From the NCBI GenBank assembly GCA_965153285.1, contig OZ229111.1: a stretch of DNA of 64,000 bases. One strand, written 5' to 3'. Source of the DNA: Podarcis tiliguerta (Eukaryota). The notes beneath the pieces are model-generated. The model was given only the letters and a program-made list of their open reading frames with translations, did not search any database and was not told the origin of the DNA. Shown one piece after another: positions 37,110 to 49,779 of the stretch; the stretch's first letter is position 1; every line of letters begins with the position of its first letter. A program made the position numbers and the translations under genes.

Positions 37110-38340
37110 GAGCTTAAGACGGTTGTGGGTTGGATATGAGAGATGCAATAAAGACAAGACGATATATTGGGACTGAAATGGCCACAACTTTATTGATTGC
37201 AGATTTCAGTAGGTTTTGGTGTAGGCACTGGGTGTGTACCCTAAAACAACCAGTCTGTCTATTGACAGACCCAGATGCAGTACCCACTTCCCCGGGAGCC
37301 AAGCTACTAGGGGTGAAATGAAGGGACACAACAACATTTTGGGATTAAAAATGGCCACAGCTTTATCGACTTCAGGAGTAGGCAAACCTTGGCATAGGCA
37401 TTGGGCATGTATCCCTCTCAGCCCCCTGTTGGGGGTCTGAGGCATGACAGGGTCAGATGGAGGGGAAATGGGGCCATCGCAAAACTCAGATTTACACAGA
37501 TTGTCCCCTCCCCAGGCTCTGAGGGAAGCTCTGTGGCCCTCCGCCACACGCACATGACTTTATGAATAGAGACTTCCTTGAAGACTGATAGGATACCCTG
37601 TTATCACCGCTGCAAGAAGCGGGTGAGTCACCCCTTCATCAGATGTAAGACTAAAGGATTCTGTCCAAGGCCTAAACCGCCAAAGTTGTGACTATTGCTA
37701 TGGGGAAGGCAAAACCTGGTATGCAGGGAAAATTCCTTCCCGGCTCAGAAAACAGCAGCCATTATAAAACCATAGCAATCCCCACAGACCTGGAAAGGAA
37801 AATTTAGACTGCAAATGTAAAAGCAATATTAGAGGGTGGGCTGGGTGGGTGGTGTTCTGGGCCGACCACACTGTGGAGCGCAGGGCCGGCCCGCTTAAGA
37901 GCACAGTTAGCGAACCGGCCATTTTCTTCAGGATGCCATTTTGGGGAGTTCTATGGCCAGTTAGTTCCCATCTGAACATTCAGACAGACTGCACATAAAT
38001 TAAACAGAGGCAGACCCAATTAAAGTCACTCAGGGTAGGCTCCACTCAGGTTTGCCATGTGAGTCCTGTCCCTTCCAGCTCGCCCGCAGTAGGTTGACTT
38101 GAATTCAACATTGCGGACAAGCCCGTCAACCCACGTAGCCACCAGAGGAATTTCCTCGTATGTTGGCCACACAGGAACAGGCAGCTCCACCACCACCCAG
38201 ACTTGCCTGCAGCTGCAATGGGCCACAACAGCCACCTCCACAGAAACAGTAAGCGGGCTTTCTCAGTATAGGAAAAACTTGCCCCCTGCCCTGCTGTGGA
38301 TTGCATGTTGTCTTTCAAGGTGGACTGCTCCTTCACAATT
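37110..38340. mobile_element. Probable degenerate LTR-type retroelement remnants
   Basis: Raised GC and CpG content. Two diverged copies of a unit containing aaatggccaca(a/g)ctttat (inverted poly-A-signal context) about 173 bp apart. No clear coding motif. Confidence 0.35.
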
Positions 38341-40129
38341 AAGGAAGGAAGGAAGGGAGGGAGGGAGGGAGGGAAAGAAAGAGATTTAGGCAATTCAGTG
38401 TTATGTGTAGTTTGGCCCTTGTCTCTCAAAACTGCTCCTATCACTACAGGAAGTAGCCTTTTGAAAGCATCTTAAATAGACACACACTTCTGTTATCCTG
38501 TCTTTTTGGGAAAGCTATGAATGGGGTGGGTGAGGGACTGGAATGAGTGTTGGACCAGTGGGTGGATGGGGGATGTCATTCAGTCCTTAATGAGTTCATG
38601 CTAAACCAACAATGAAACAAGTGTCATGTATCTTTCTTTTCTTTTTTAAGTTTCCAAATGTCACTTCCAGTTCAGCCGATCTAGGCTTTTAAAAGAATTC
38701 CCACCAAATTTTACGTCAGCTATTTTAAGGAATGGTTTAAAATTAAAATCCTTTTACTAAGTTTAGACTTGAGTTTCCCGAGAGACTTGCAATGTTTTAA
38801 AAAACTCTTTTGCCATTTCAAAAAGTTCAAAAAAACATTCCAGAAGGGATCTTTAAAAAGACATCCTTATAACAAGCCTGGTCTCTGGGCTTCTGTAAGG
38901 CTGTCTTGCATTTAATACCCGACATTTGTTTCTCATTTAGTTGCAAAACAGGCGCTAATATGTAATTCTCATAATTAAATGTAATTAAGTGACACTGCTG
39001 AGTAATTTACAGAGTGCAGTGAAGGAATAACTTTCAGTTATGTAACTCAAAGACCATAACTCAGGCTTTTGGACTAGAGACACTCTTTTGTATAGCTTGT
39101 TTTTCTAATGATTGCTTCATACATGACATTTTCCTCCTGTATAAAAAGAACCTCTGCATTTAAAAAATGTGTACAATGGAATCTGAAGCTGTGTTTTTTT
39201 TCAGTCAGTGCTGATGACTCTGACTGGCAGAAGCTTTCCATGGTTCTTACATTGACCTGGGGTACATCCCCAATTATGTTTATTTTGCCCTAAGTACATA
39301 GATTAATGAGGTACAACAAAAACAAACAACAACAACAACAACAACCCTGATTGCCTCTTTAAAAAACGGGCAGGAAGAGGGTGAAAAAGATTATTCCTCC
39401 CCCACATGATCACTGCTTCTCTACTTCCTTTGTATGCTCCTGGGGCCTATCTGAACTAAAAATGTAGTAGTATTAGACCAGTTTAAATGTCAAGGCCGCC
39501 TGGGAATTGTAGTTTGAGGAGCATGCTGAGAAATCTTTGTTAGAGTTCTTACAGAACTACAGTTTCCAGGGTTCCCTGTGGAGAGGGAATTAATTAAGTG
39601 TATTTAAGGTTGAAATACTAAACACACTTATGGATAAAACAGGACTTAATTGTGAATGAACATGGATAGGCTCATCATCCCTTTTAGTGATCCAGAAAAA
39701 TTTAGCCATTTCAGGGATTGAGAAAATAAGGCACTCTTCTTCCTTCATGAAGTTTGCGGACACCGCCACTGTGTGTGTGAGTAGCTGAAAGATTAATTGT
39801 CTCTAATCACATTTATATTAATATTATATTACATCATGACATGACATGACATGACATTATAATGTATTTATATCCCATCTTTCTTCCAAGCTGGGATTCA
39901 AGGCAGCTTGCATTTTAAAAACAAAGTAGTTAAAGGAAACTAGTTAAAAACAATAGTTGAAATTCAATAAAACACATTGAGAACCAGCATTAAAGGACTG
40001 ATTGCTCTTGACATCAGCCAGTGGTCAGCACTGTCTTCACCTAGTTTCCATGGTGGGACTCTACCTTGATTTAAAGAGAGCAGATCTTCCACGGTTGCAC
40101 ATGCCCTGGTAACATCTAGACTGAATAAT

Positions 40130-40470
40130 GTACTCTGTGTGCATGGAAAATGTCAGCTTGTTCAGAATGCAGCTGCTTGGATGCTTGTTGGGGCTAAGCA
40201 CTTGTAATACATAACCTCTGTAGTATGCCAGTTGTGATGGCTACGATTTCATCTCCAGGTCCAATTTAAGGTGTTAGTATTGACATCTAAAGCTATAAGT
40301 AGTTAGTGACCAGACTATTTGAAGGATTGCCTGTAGCTGTATGAATTTGCCTAGTCTTTAAGATCAGCTCCAGAGTCCTGCTTGAGAGTCCGCCATCAGT
40401 GCTCATCATATTGGCAGACACTAGTGACAGGACCTTTTTGGTGGTGGTTCCCTGTATGTAGGACATCCTC
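40130..40470 (+). mobile_element. Degenerate L2 ORF2 fragment
   Basis: cagcttgttcagaatgcagctgc (QLVQNAAA) and caatttaaggtgttagtattgacatctaaagc (QFKVLVLTSKA). Confidence 0.8.
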
Positions 40471-42258
40471 TCAAAGAGTTCACATATGACTGCATTTTAA
40501 TTAGGTGTTTTACTCCTTCATTTTTATTAGTTTTTAAACAGACTTTGAAACTTTTTAATCTTAATCTTCTTTTTATTAAGAGTACTGTGACTATATACAG
40601 CTTTTGCTGATGATGGTGTTAGTTTAGTATTTGTTTATTTATTTTTATGTATATGACCTGAAAAGTGGCATGTAAATACTGCAAATGAACAAGGATATGC
40701 ACTATCACCAACCATTATTTAAGTATTCATGCCTCCCACCAGTGCACACATGCTGATATCTCACACAAGTACATTTACTTGGTGGCTAATGTGTAAATGT
40801 ATCTGGGGTTTTTTAAACTTTTACAACAGAAAGCAAAGGAGTGGAAGTCTGCCCCAGATTGGAACAGCAACAGGGGACGGTTTTAGAAACACCTTTCTCT
40901 CATCATGCTATTGTCCTGTCAAAAATCTACCCCAAGCTGCTATTTACCCTGATTTAAAAAACAAAAGGGCTTGCCCCTGCCTCCCCCCTATTTTCCTCCA
41001 TTGTACAACAATTGCTTTGATGCTCCATGGCTTGACACACTTCTGGGCAAGGAAAAAGCAGTAGCCATCAATGTTTCTCTAAGACTCTGTATACATTACT
41101 GGCTTAAAATGCTTCTGGGTTGTTCTTTTCCCCAATTCAGATCAAAGAAATGCACTGGATTCAGAATAAACAATAGTATGTACACAGCCTTCTTTGCTGT
41201 TGGGGTGGGGGATAGTTTTCAATGTGTGTGTGCGCGCGCGCATGCACTGGCATAGCATTTTCCATGCTGCTTTCTATGCCAGCCTCTGGCTACTGCCCCT
41301 CCTGTGAACCTAATCTTCTGTAGTCTTGTTTGGCTTTCTACCCTGGCTTCAGCTCTAAGCCAGTTCTTGACGATTCACCGACAGAATTGTGCCCAATGGA
41401 CCACTTCCAAAAACTAAACATTTCCTCTCTTTTCTACCTCTGTATGTCTTCATGCTGGGGGGCGGGGAGAGATACTTCACGGTTGTTGTTTTCAAAGAAA
41501 CAAAGTCTACAATAGGATATAGTTTTGTTAAGAGACTTGCAGGAAGCTTTCAAATAACTCTATAGTTTAGGATAATGAAATTACATGCACTGCATGGAAA
41601 GCCATCCAATAGTTTCTCCAGTCCTCCCTCTCAAAACTCACTCCACCCAAAATGTTCTTTGTTTTTGTTTTTATTTAATATTTTATTTTCTGTTATCTAC
41701 TTCCTCAGTTGTGGAACAAAACAAAAAAGTTGCCTTCAGGAATCACCTATTCAGCACATTCTACAACTTTGAAAATCATTAGTATTCACTGTCAAATTTT
41801 CTGTTGGAGCTAACTAAAATTATTTAGCTGTTCAGATATGGTACAACAGATTATTGAAACACAGGTTGATTCCAAAGGCTAATTCTTTGAATAGTCATCA
41901 TATAAGTAAAATGTATGGTCACTTAAGTTGCACAAAATTTCTCAGTTCCACAAGCACCCCTCTTGTTTACTGTATTGGCTTCTCTCGCTGTGAAAGTCCC
42001 CCCAAGAGGCCTTGTTAAGAATTATCCTCTTGCTAGTGGTTTGCTGTATGAAAGCTTGAAAGTGTGATGTCATCTAAGTTTTCATGATGTCATCAAAGTT
42101 TTGGAATTCACTTGTTGGCAAAGGAGCTTGGCAGGTAGTACAAATTGAATAGTTCCTTTATGTAATACAATTAACTCCCTTGCTGGATTAGTCCAAGGGC
42201 TGTCTTCTCTAGTATTGTGTTTCTAGCAATGGCCAGCCAGATGGTGATGGGGAGCGAA

Positions 42259-42302
42259 GATGGATGGATGGATGGATTTGTTTGTTTGTTTGTTTGTTTG
42301 TT
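42259..42302. repeat. Compound (GGAT)n(GTTT)n microsatellite, probably a retroposon tail
   Basis: Seen directly; followed by atttatataccgccct, an L2-type end on the minus strand. Confidence 0.9.
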
Positions 42303-45300
42303 GGATTTATATACCGCCCTATACCCGCAGGTCTCTATTAAATTTGTATGGGGGTGGTGGAAATTCCTTGCTATGTACAACTAGGCACATAGGTGTGATC
42401 CAAGGAGTTATATGTGCCTGCTGCCTAGGTATGTTCACCTCTATTTCTTTGACCCTTCCTGCTGTCCCACAAGCTGGTTTTGAAACTCCCTTCAGTTTCA
42501 GAAGCAATTTGCCACACAATGTGGTGAGCTGCAGTTGAACAAACACAAATCCCAATCACCCTACACTTCTTTGGATTCAAGGCATGGGAATGCACTCCTA
42601 AGAAAACTAGGGGAAAGCGATATGTGCAGGGAATATTACACAGTATAAAAGTCTCTTACAAGAATACGTGATTAGAAGCCTTACCTTTTAAAAATTAGAT
42701 TTAAAACAAAACAGCCTCATTAATGCCACCTTCACCTCTTTGGAGGAAAGGTGGGATATAAATGTCATAAATATATAACACCTATTGGATTATCTGGGTA
42801 ACTGGGAACTTTGTACATACATACAAACATACCATTGTTACATAAATTGTAACATACATACCTTGTTACATACATGCATACCATGGTTACAAATGTAGAA
42901 TCTATGCCCATGTTAAGCTGAATGAGTTGAGGTCAGGAAAAAAGAAGACATGGATGTTCATGCTGCCCAACCTTCCCCACACTCAATGGGTCATATCCAG
43001 TTGCCCCTCATGTTGATGGAACGCTTGCATTTTGGCAATTTCTGCTCCACATATAGTCCTTGCACACTCCCTAATCTGCTCTGGAGAACTGAGTAGTCAC
43101 CAACAACTCAGGCATGGTAAAACTTAACTCAAGCCCTTATTCTAAGAGGTTTCATCAAGCACCTTGCACTGTCAGTTCAAGAGACACCAGTGGAGATACA
43201 ACCCAACATAACATGAAAATTGTGCTGGAAAGGGCCAAGCCAACATGGTGCCCTCCAGATATTGTGGACTACAATTCCCATCAGTCCACGGCAGCATGAC
43301 CAATGGTTAGGGAAGTTGTCTGGAAAGCATGGTATTGATCATCCCTGCCTTACAGGGATATAGGGACATATACTTGCTGCAGAGTACATTCTAGCTAACA
43401 GAAGCAGTATTCAAACTAAATCTTGAAATGAATTTGCCAACTGTGGAAGCTGAATCTTTTGGAGAATGTTGAATTTGAGCCATTGAACATTAGCATTTTC
43501 AGCAGTTGAAACTTAGCAGAAGTATGGGATTTTAACTTCCTGTTTGCCTTCACACCTGCCTCCACATGGTTACATTGTGTGTGCATAGAGGTAAGAACTC
43601 CTAACGAAGAAAGAACAAAGCTGAAAGTGTCTGTAGAAGCTTAGCCTAGAATAATTTTTCCTTCTCTAAATGCAGAGTCAGGAGAGAAAGATAAACCCAA
43701 GTAAAGCTCCCGTTGATTTCAAACCTGAATGGCCAAGAATGTGGTGAATGACTTCCCCTGGGTTATCTCAGGTTTCTGGTGTTGACAGTAGCCGTAGTTT
43801 CTTGCTATCGCTAGAAATGGTGCCCGGAATCTCTTGGCAGTAGGAAGGGTGTTTGGTGCAAAGATCAATGCTGGTAACCTTTCTAATTTTGATGGGAATG
43901 CTAGATACTTGATCCCATTTTACTGCTGAAAGAGCAAGCGGTTCACCAACTTTGCTCTGTAAATTGGGATAGAGAAAGTGTGGGAGGGACGCTGGACAAG
44001 CAGCCACCATGTACTCTGCTGGGAAAACGAGAGCCTTGGAAGCCTTATCTTTTAAACAATAAACATCAAAAATCTGTGCAGTAGATGAGAAGCAGATATG
44101 GGTGTGGGAAAAGAATTCCCCCAGAGACCTAATTTATTGGGCAATCTCCATTGAAGTGAGGAGCAAAGATTCTGAGAGGAACAGGAGGCTGAGATGCTTT
44201 TTGAGCAAGGAAAGCTGCAAGGTTATAAACCATGTTTTCAACTTGACTTTTATGGAGATCCGTGATATCCCAGGGAACTAGTGACTTCAGCATTTGTCCA
44301 TGGGGAGCATGGGAAAGATGCATACAGATTAGCTTTGCAATCAGTGTGTCAATTTGCCTGATAATTCTGCTTCCATCATCCTTTGCTCTTGCATGCAGAA
44401 TTTGCCTTAACCGAGCCTTCCTATATTAATTTTGAGTGGTGCTTGAATTTTGATGGGCAAATTGAGGACTCTTTCCTCTGCCCACTGTACTTTGCTCCTG
44501 TATGAAAAAAACAGAAGGGGGTCTCCTCTTAGAGGTTTTGTTTCATTTTGCACAGTCATCAAATGCATTTCAGCATTGTAACAGAAGCATAGGATTCCTC
44601 CAGCTATAAGAATAAATATACCCTGTCTAGTGGACAGATTGGAAGGAGTGTTGAATGTCCCAAGATTTAAAGCTATTATAAGAGAAGCAAAACACTCAAA
44701 AAACAAAGAAAAAACGCTTTCATTGAAGTGAAGCAGAGGAGCTTTTTCAACACAGCAGGAGAATCCTGCTAGGTAGACTAACTTGGTGACTCAGGGTTCT
44801 GACAGATAAAGAAAAACAAGTTTGAGATGGCAAGCATCCTCTTTAAAAAGTATGGCTTTGTCTGTCTCATGCAGGCAGAATACCCCTTTTAAGCAAATAG
44901 CCACCACAGCACATGTGTGCATCATCATAAAACAAAGAAAGTATGCTTCTTGCCTCAGAACTGTTATTTTTGCCCACGTGCACATTTATGGATTAAATAT
45001 GAATGAATTTAATTTATCATATGAAAATTCTATGATTAAATGTTATTCAATTAGGTAACAGTTCTACTCTGTATATTTATGACAAACTGTTTAGGGCAAG
45101 GGCAGCCATCATGGTGTTGTTGGATGGCAACTCCCACCATCCCTGACCATTGGCCATGCTGGCTGAGGCTGATAGAAATTGTGGTTCACCAACATCAGGA
45201 GGCCATTATGTTTGTTAGCCTTGGTTTTAAGGGCTCAAGGGTTGCTTATCAGAGCAGCATTTTGACCTAAATATCCTTGAAAAAGCTTCTTCTGTCCAAA

Positions 45301-46519
45301 CAGAAACATAGTAGTGGAAAAGTCAGCTTTAGTGTTTGTTCTAGGGAAGAAGAGAAAATTATGATGTGGGACAAAATTGTATCAAGAAAACTGGACAATA
45401 AAAGGTCACGATACTGTATATATCCCCAGAAAGCTCCTGTTGATTACCGTCTCAATACCCACGAAAACATGTATCTCCCACTTTGGCTAGCAGTGAGAGA
45501 AATCATTTGCCGGCTAGATTTGGGCATTGAATCCCAGAGGGTGTGAGATCCTTAATCTATGCCCCCTTCTTCAGGAAACATGCCAGACTATTATGACCAC
45601 AAAGCCGCAGTGAGATAATGCATCTTATCTGCCTGAGCAAATTTTAATGTGGTCCTCTTGATTAGTGTTTAGAAACCAAGCAAACAATTGATTTAAAATA
45701 ATTGGTAAATTATGATTAAATAAAAATGTTTATACCAAGGAGTTTGTCATTGATATGATAAAATAAATATTTGCAGAAGGAACTTTTCCTTGGCCCAGAG
45801 CCTGGTCCATGAGCTTTGTGAGATTGACCGTGGTCTCATTTTAATAAAGACCAGAAGGCTTTCCAAGAAAATATAGTGCCTCCTTCCATTAAGCCAACCA
45901 GCGTATATCAAGACCTTTGTCCATTTCCCTAATATACAATGGCATGGGTCGTCCTTTGGGTCATTCTGGTAATGCCTGTCATTTATCCTTCAAAATTGGC
46001 TGAAACTATATTACAAGTTAATAAAAGAAGACAGTTTAGTGTTTGGGTCTGGTATAAACACAAACTGAAACACTGAATACCACTCAAGCATTACTTCCAG
46101 AAGGCAGACATGGGATATGAGAGGGACTTGTGAGCTCACCATAAACATATATAAGTTTTACACCTGTTTCACTATTAGGGTAGCTACCTCCACCCCCAAA
46201 ATAAAGCTTAGTTCTTAAAGTTGTTCTGAGAATTTTCTTAAGATAATGATTCATAGCTACACTTCCCAGGGTTCCCTGGGGGAAAGGAATGACTATAAAC
46301 CAGTTTAAGTCTGTGGTGTAGACATGCCCCACGTTTAGGTTTCATTTGCTCTGGGCCTGCCTTTCAGTTGCGTATCCACATGCAGAACCATCTAGCTGCT
46401 CACTGTGGCTTGTTTTGGCTGACTATCTCTGTAGCAACCACCTCTCTCTTTCTGTTAGGCGTATTGCTCCCCCAGCACCCTTCCCATTCTTCTACCACAT
46501 ATAAAGTACAGTACATATG

Positions 46520-46682
46520 AGGAGGTTTAACCAGCTGTGGACCCTTTTGCATAGAGATGACTTGGCCTCTTTGCTCCACGTTTTGGTAACCTCCACATCA
46601 AACTATTGCAGTGCATCCTATGTAGGACTGCTGTTGAAAACACTTTTGAAGCCTCAACGGTACAGAATGCAGCAGCCAGGTA
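46520..46682 (+). mobile_element. Degenerate L2 ORF2 fragment
   Basis: DDLASLLHVLVTSTSNYCSASYVGLLLKT..VQNAAAR. Confidence 0.78.
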
Positions 46683-46728
46683 ATGTCTGCAAGAACACAC
46701 ATAACAGCTGCACATCTTTGTTTAACTA

Positions 46729-46960
46729 CAGTGGTACCTCGGGTTACATACGCTTCAGGTTACAGACTCCGCTAACCCAGAAATAGCACCTCAGGTTAAG
46801 AACTTTGCTTCAGGATGAGAACAGAAATCATGCTCCGGCGGTGCGGCAGCAGCAGCAGCAGGAGGCCCCATTAGCTAAAGTGGTGCTTCAGGTTAAGAAC
46901 AGTTTCAGGTTAAGAACAGAGCTCCGGAACGAATTAAGTACTTAACCCAAGGTACCACTG
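46729..46960. mobile_element. Tc1/mariner (Tigger/pogo-like) MITE, complete
   Basis: TIRs cagtggtacctcgggtta and taacccaaggtaccactg, TA at both flanks. Confidence 0.9.
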
Positions 46961-49235
46961 TATTTTGATTGGGAGGTTGCTTTGCTCTTGCACAATGCAT
47001 AATACTGTGGACCAAACTGAAGCTGGATATTTTATTCCTGCTGGTTCTCCAAGGAGCTCAGCATGACACATACTGTGTTATCATTTTTATCCTCACAATA
47101 ACCCTGTCTGGTAGGTTAGGTTGAGAGACAGTGACTGGTCCTTGATTGCCTAGTAAGCTTCATACCTCAGTGAAGATTTGAAACCAGGTCTCCCTTATCT
47201 GAGTCAAACATTCTATCTGCTACACACTTTGCTGGCTTGTAAACTGAGTCATAACATTCACCAGGTTGTGTGTGGTTTGTTTTTTAATAGACTGAATGTA
47301 TCCCCATGCCTATTTTTGCCAGTTCAGCATTTCAGCAGCAAAATGACCACCCCATATGGGAATTAGATTTGATCAATTCATCAACCCATCTTCTTTTTTC
47401 CCCCAGATACGTTTCATAGTCGTTAATGAGATTTTGCTGCCTTGAAAATGGTTAGCTTACATTCTCTTGGGTTGCTGTGCCTGTTTCACAGATTACTTCA
47501 TTACTTGATTGCACAATGCTTTTAAGCAACAGAAGATTATTGTTTGTGTTGTGTGTTTAGACTCACTGCTGTCCAGTCAATAAAATGTTGGGTATCCTTC
47601 ATTTTAAATGTTACCTGAGCTGTGGACTTGCTGGACGTTTGTGGGCAAGGCATTGTGTCTCAGGCTGTATTTCTTGTCTGTAAAATGGGGGTAATGGTAA
47701 CTGACCTTTATGGGATTGCTCTGAATGTGATTGAGATAAGGAAGCAAATTTGCCACAGTAATTCTCTGCTGCTCTGCTTAGTTTAACACATTCATACTTG
47801 ACAGTAACTTATACAGAAGAGGTGTGTGTCTCAGTTTACAGAAATCTAGGACTATCATTTATATAGTGGCTTCTGAATATGCAGATGCTCTTGACTGAGA
47901 CTACTGACGGATCTACACATAACACTCGTGCTGTTCTTATAGACCTCCCCTTTGTCTGCTGTGTGACGCTCAGGAAGTGCAGGTATGCTTAAGATCAGGG
48001 TAGGAAAATGCAGTAGTGTCAGGATGACAGCATGCTTCAGTGTGTCAATTCTGGTGCCCCAAAATCCAGCACCATAGGCGGAATCCCAGACCTTCTCCAC
48101 CAACGCCCACCATGGAAGTAATTATTGCAAGAGTTGTATAACCACTGCTACACAGAGGGCACTAGAGAAAGGAGGCACACGCAGGCCGGCATTTGAACTA
48201 TCCTCCTGCCTGCCTGCTAGCTTCTCTTGTATCATCAGTGTGTGTCCCGGGGAGTTCTCATGAGGACATTTCAGATGAGCCCACCAGCGTTACATTGGCC
48301 TGGAGATTAGAGAGAACACACAGTGATCTTCAAGAGGGATGGAATCTATAGTAGCAAAGCCAGCCGGCCCCACCCTGCACTCAGTGCACATTTTGCATCC
48401 CTCCCTCAATAAACACAACAGATTGCCATATTTTCTCTCTTTTTTACAATTAAATATTTACGCTAGGCAGAAAACATTTTGCATGGACTTTTTAAACAGC
48501 CATGTCATCTTGCTCTTTTCATTCTCTAATCTTTCAGTTCTGAATCAGAAGTGAAGATTTTTAGCCTATTTACTAAGAAGTAAATATTATGATGAAAACA
48601 TCAGACAGCTTAGCAGTGACTTTAGGAAAGTGGAGAAAGCATTTTCTGGTAGTGCTGTCAATTGCAAAACATTCCATAGGCTACCAATGGAGGGAGTGAT
48701 CTTGTTCTGGAATTCCTAATTTTCTTAGACTCTTAAGAGTTGGAATAAATACAAATCATTTCATCCGAGGGCCAGGTCTGACATTACCTTAGCAGTGAGA
48801 GTGATGCTGCATCGTATAGCTATTACACAGGATAGTAGCATTAGAGGATCCAGATCATAGGGGCAGCGCCCATAGACTTGAAACTTCTCCCAGTATTGCC
48901 AGGCTTTTCCACTGCTCCATCTCCTGATACTGAGGCCACTGCGCATGTGCAGGCCTAAATCTTTTAGCAAAGCAGCACAGGAATAGCAGACATAGCTTCA
49001 GTTTGCCTTCCACACTTCTTAAGGTAGCATAAAAAGGACACTGTTGCTGCCTTAAGACAGGATCATTTTCAATCAGTCATAAAGTGCAGGACTCTGAGTT
49101 TGATCTCACAAAATGTTGTTGCATGGAACATATTTCAGCTGTGCTGTGCTCCACAACACAAGGTTTTCCATCCCTCCATAATGGTTAGTAATCATTATTG
49201 CCTGTAGTAATTGTGGGCATCTTCGTAGAGGAATA

Positions 49236-49448
49236 CAGTGGTACCTCGGGTTAAGAACTTAATTCATTCTGGAGATCCATTCTTAACCAGAAACTGTTCT
49301 TAACTTGAGGTACCGCTTTAGCTAATGGGGCCTGCCGCGCCGCCACGGTGCCATTTCTGTTCTCATCCTGAAGCAAAGTTCTTAACCCGAGGTACTATTT
49401 CTCGGTTAGCAGAGTAACCTGAAGCGCCTGTAACCTGAGGTACCACTG
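49236..49448. mobile_element. Same MITE family, complete, opposite orientation
   Basis: TA-cagtggtacctcgggtta...aacctgaggtaccactg-TA. Confidence 0.9.
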
Positions 49449-49639
49449 TACAAAATTCATTTGGGAGAAGCAGTTACTATACCAGCCACTGCATGTATCA
49501 TTGCTGCAAGTGTGCTTCTTGGCACTGTGCTTGAATCCATTGTGGAAGGTTGGTGTAGAATTCCTTCTGAATAAAGGGCCTGAGACACACTGCCTTCTGA
49601 AACATTATGGAATACCACTATCTGTTAGAAACAGAGCTG

Positions 49640-49779
49640 AAGTTTTTCAGCCTCACTCACCTTACAGAGTGTTTGTTGTGGGGGAGGAAGGGAAAGGAGA
49701 ATGTTAGCCGCTTTGAGACTCCTTCGGGTAGTGATAAAGTGGGATATCAAATCCAAACTCTTCCTCTTCTTCTTCTTCT
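49640..49779 (+). mobile_element. 3' half of a SINE with L2-type end and (CTT)n tail
   Basis: cagcctcactcaccttacagagtgtttgttgtggggg...gttagccgctttgagactcc...cttcttcttct. Confidence 0.7.

Noticed and set aside
37620-37650. Possible hammerhead ribozyme core (CUGAUGA on the minus strand followed by a short stem)
   Set aside because: The required GAAA after stem II is absent. Other CTGATGA occurrences checked (5028, 57574, 60719) also lack a convincing core.
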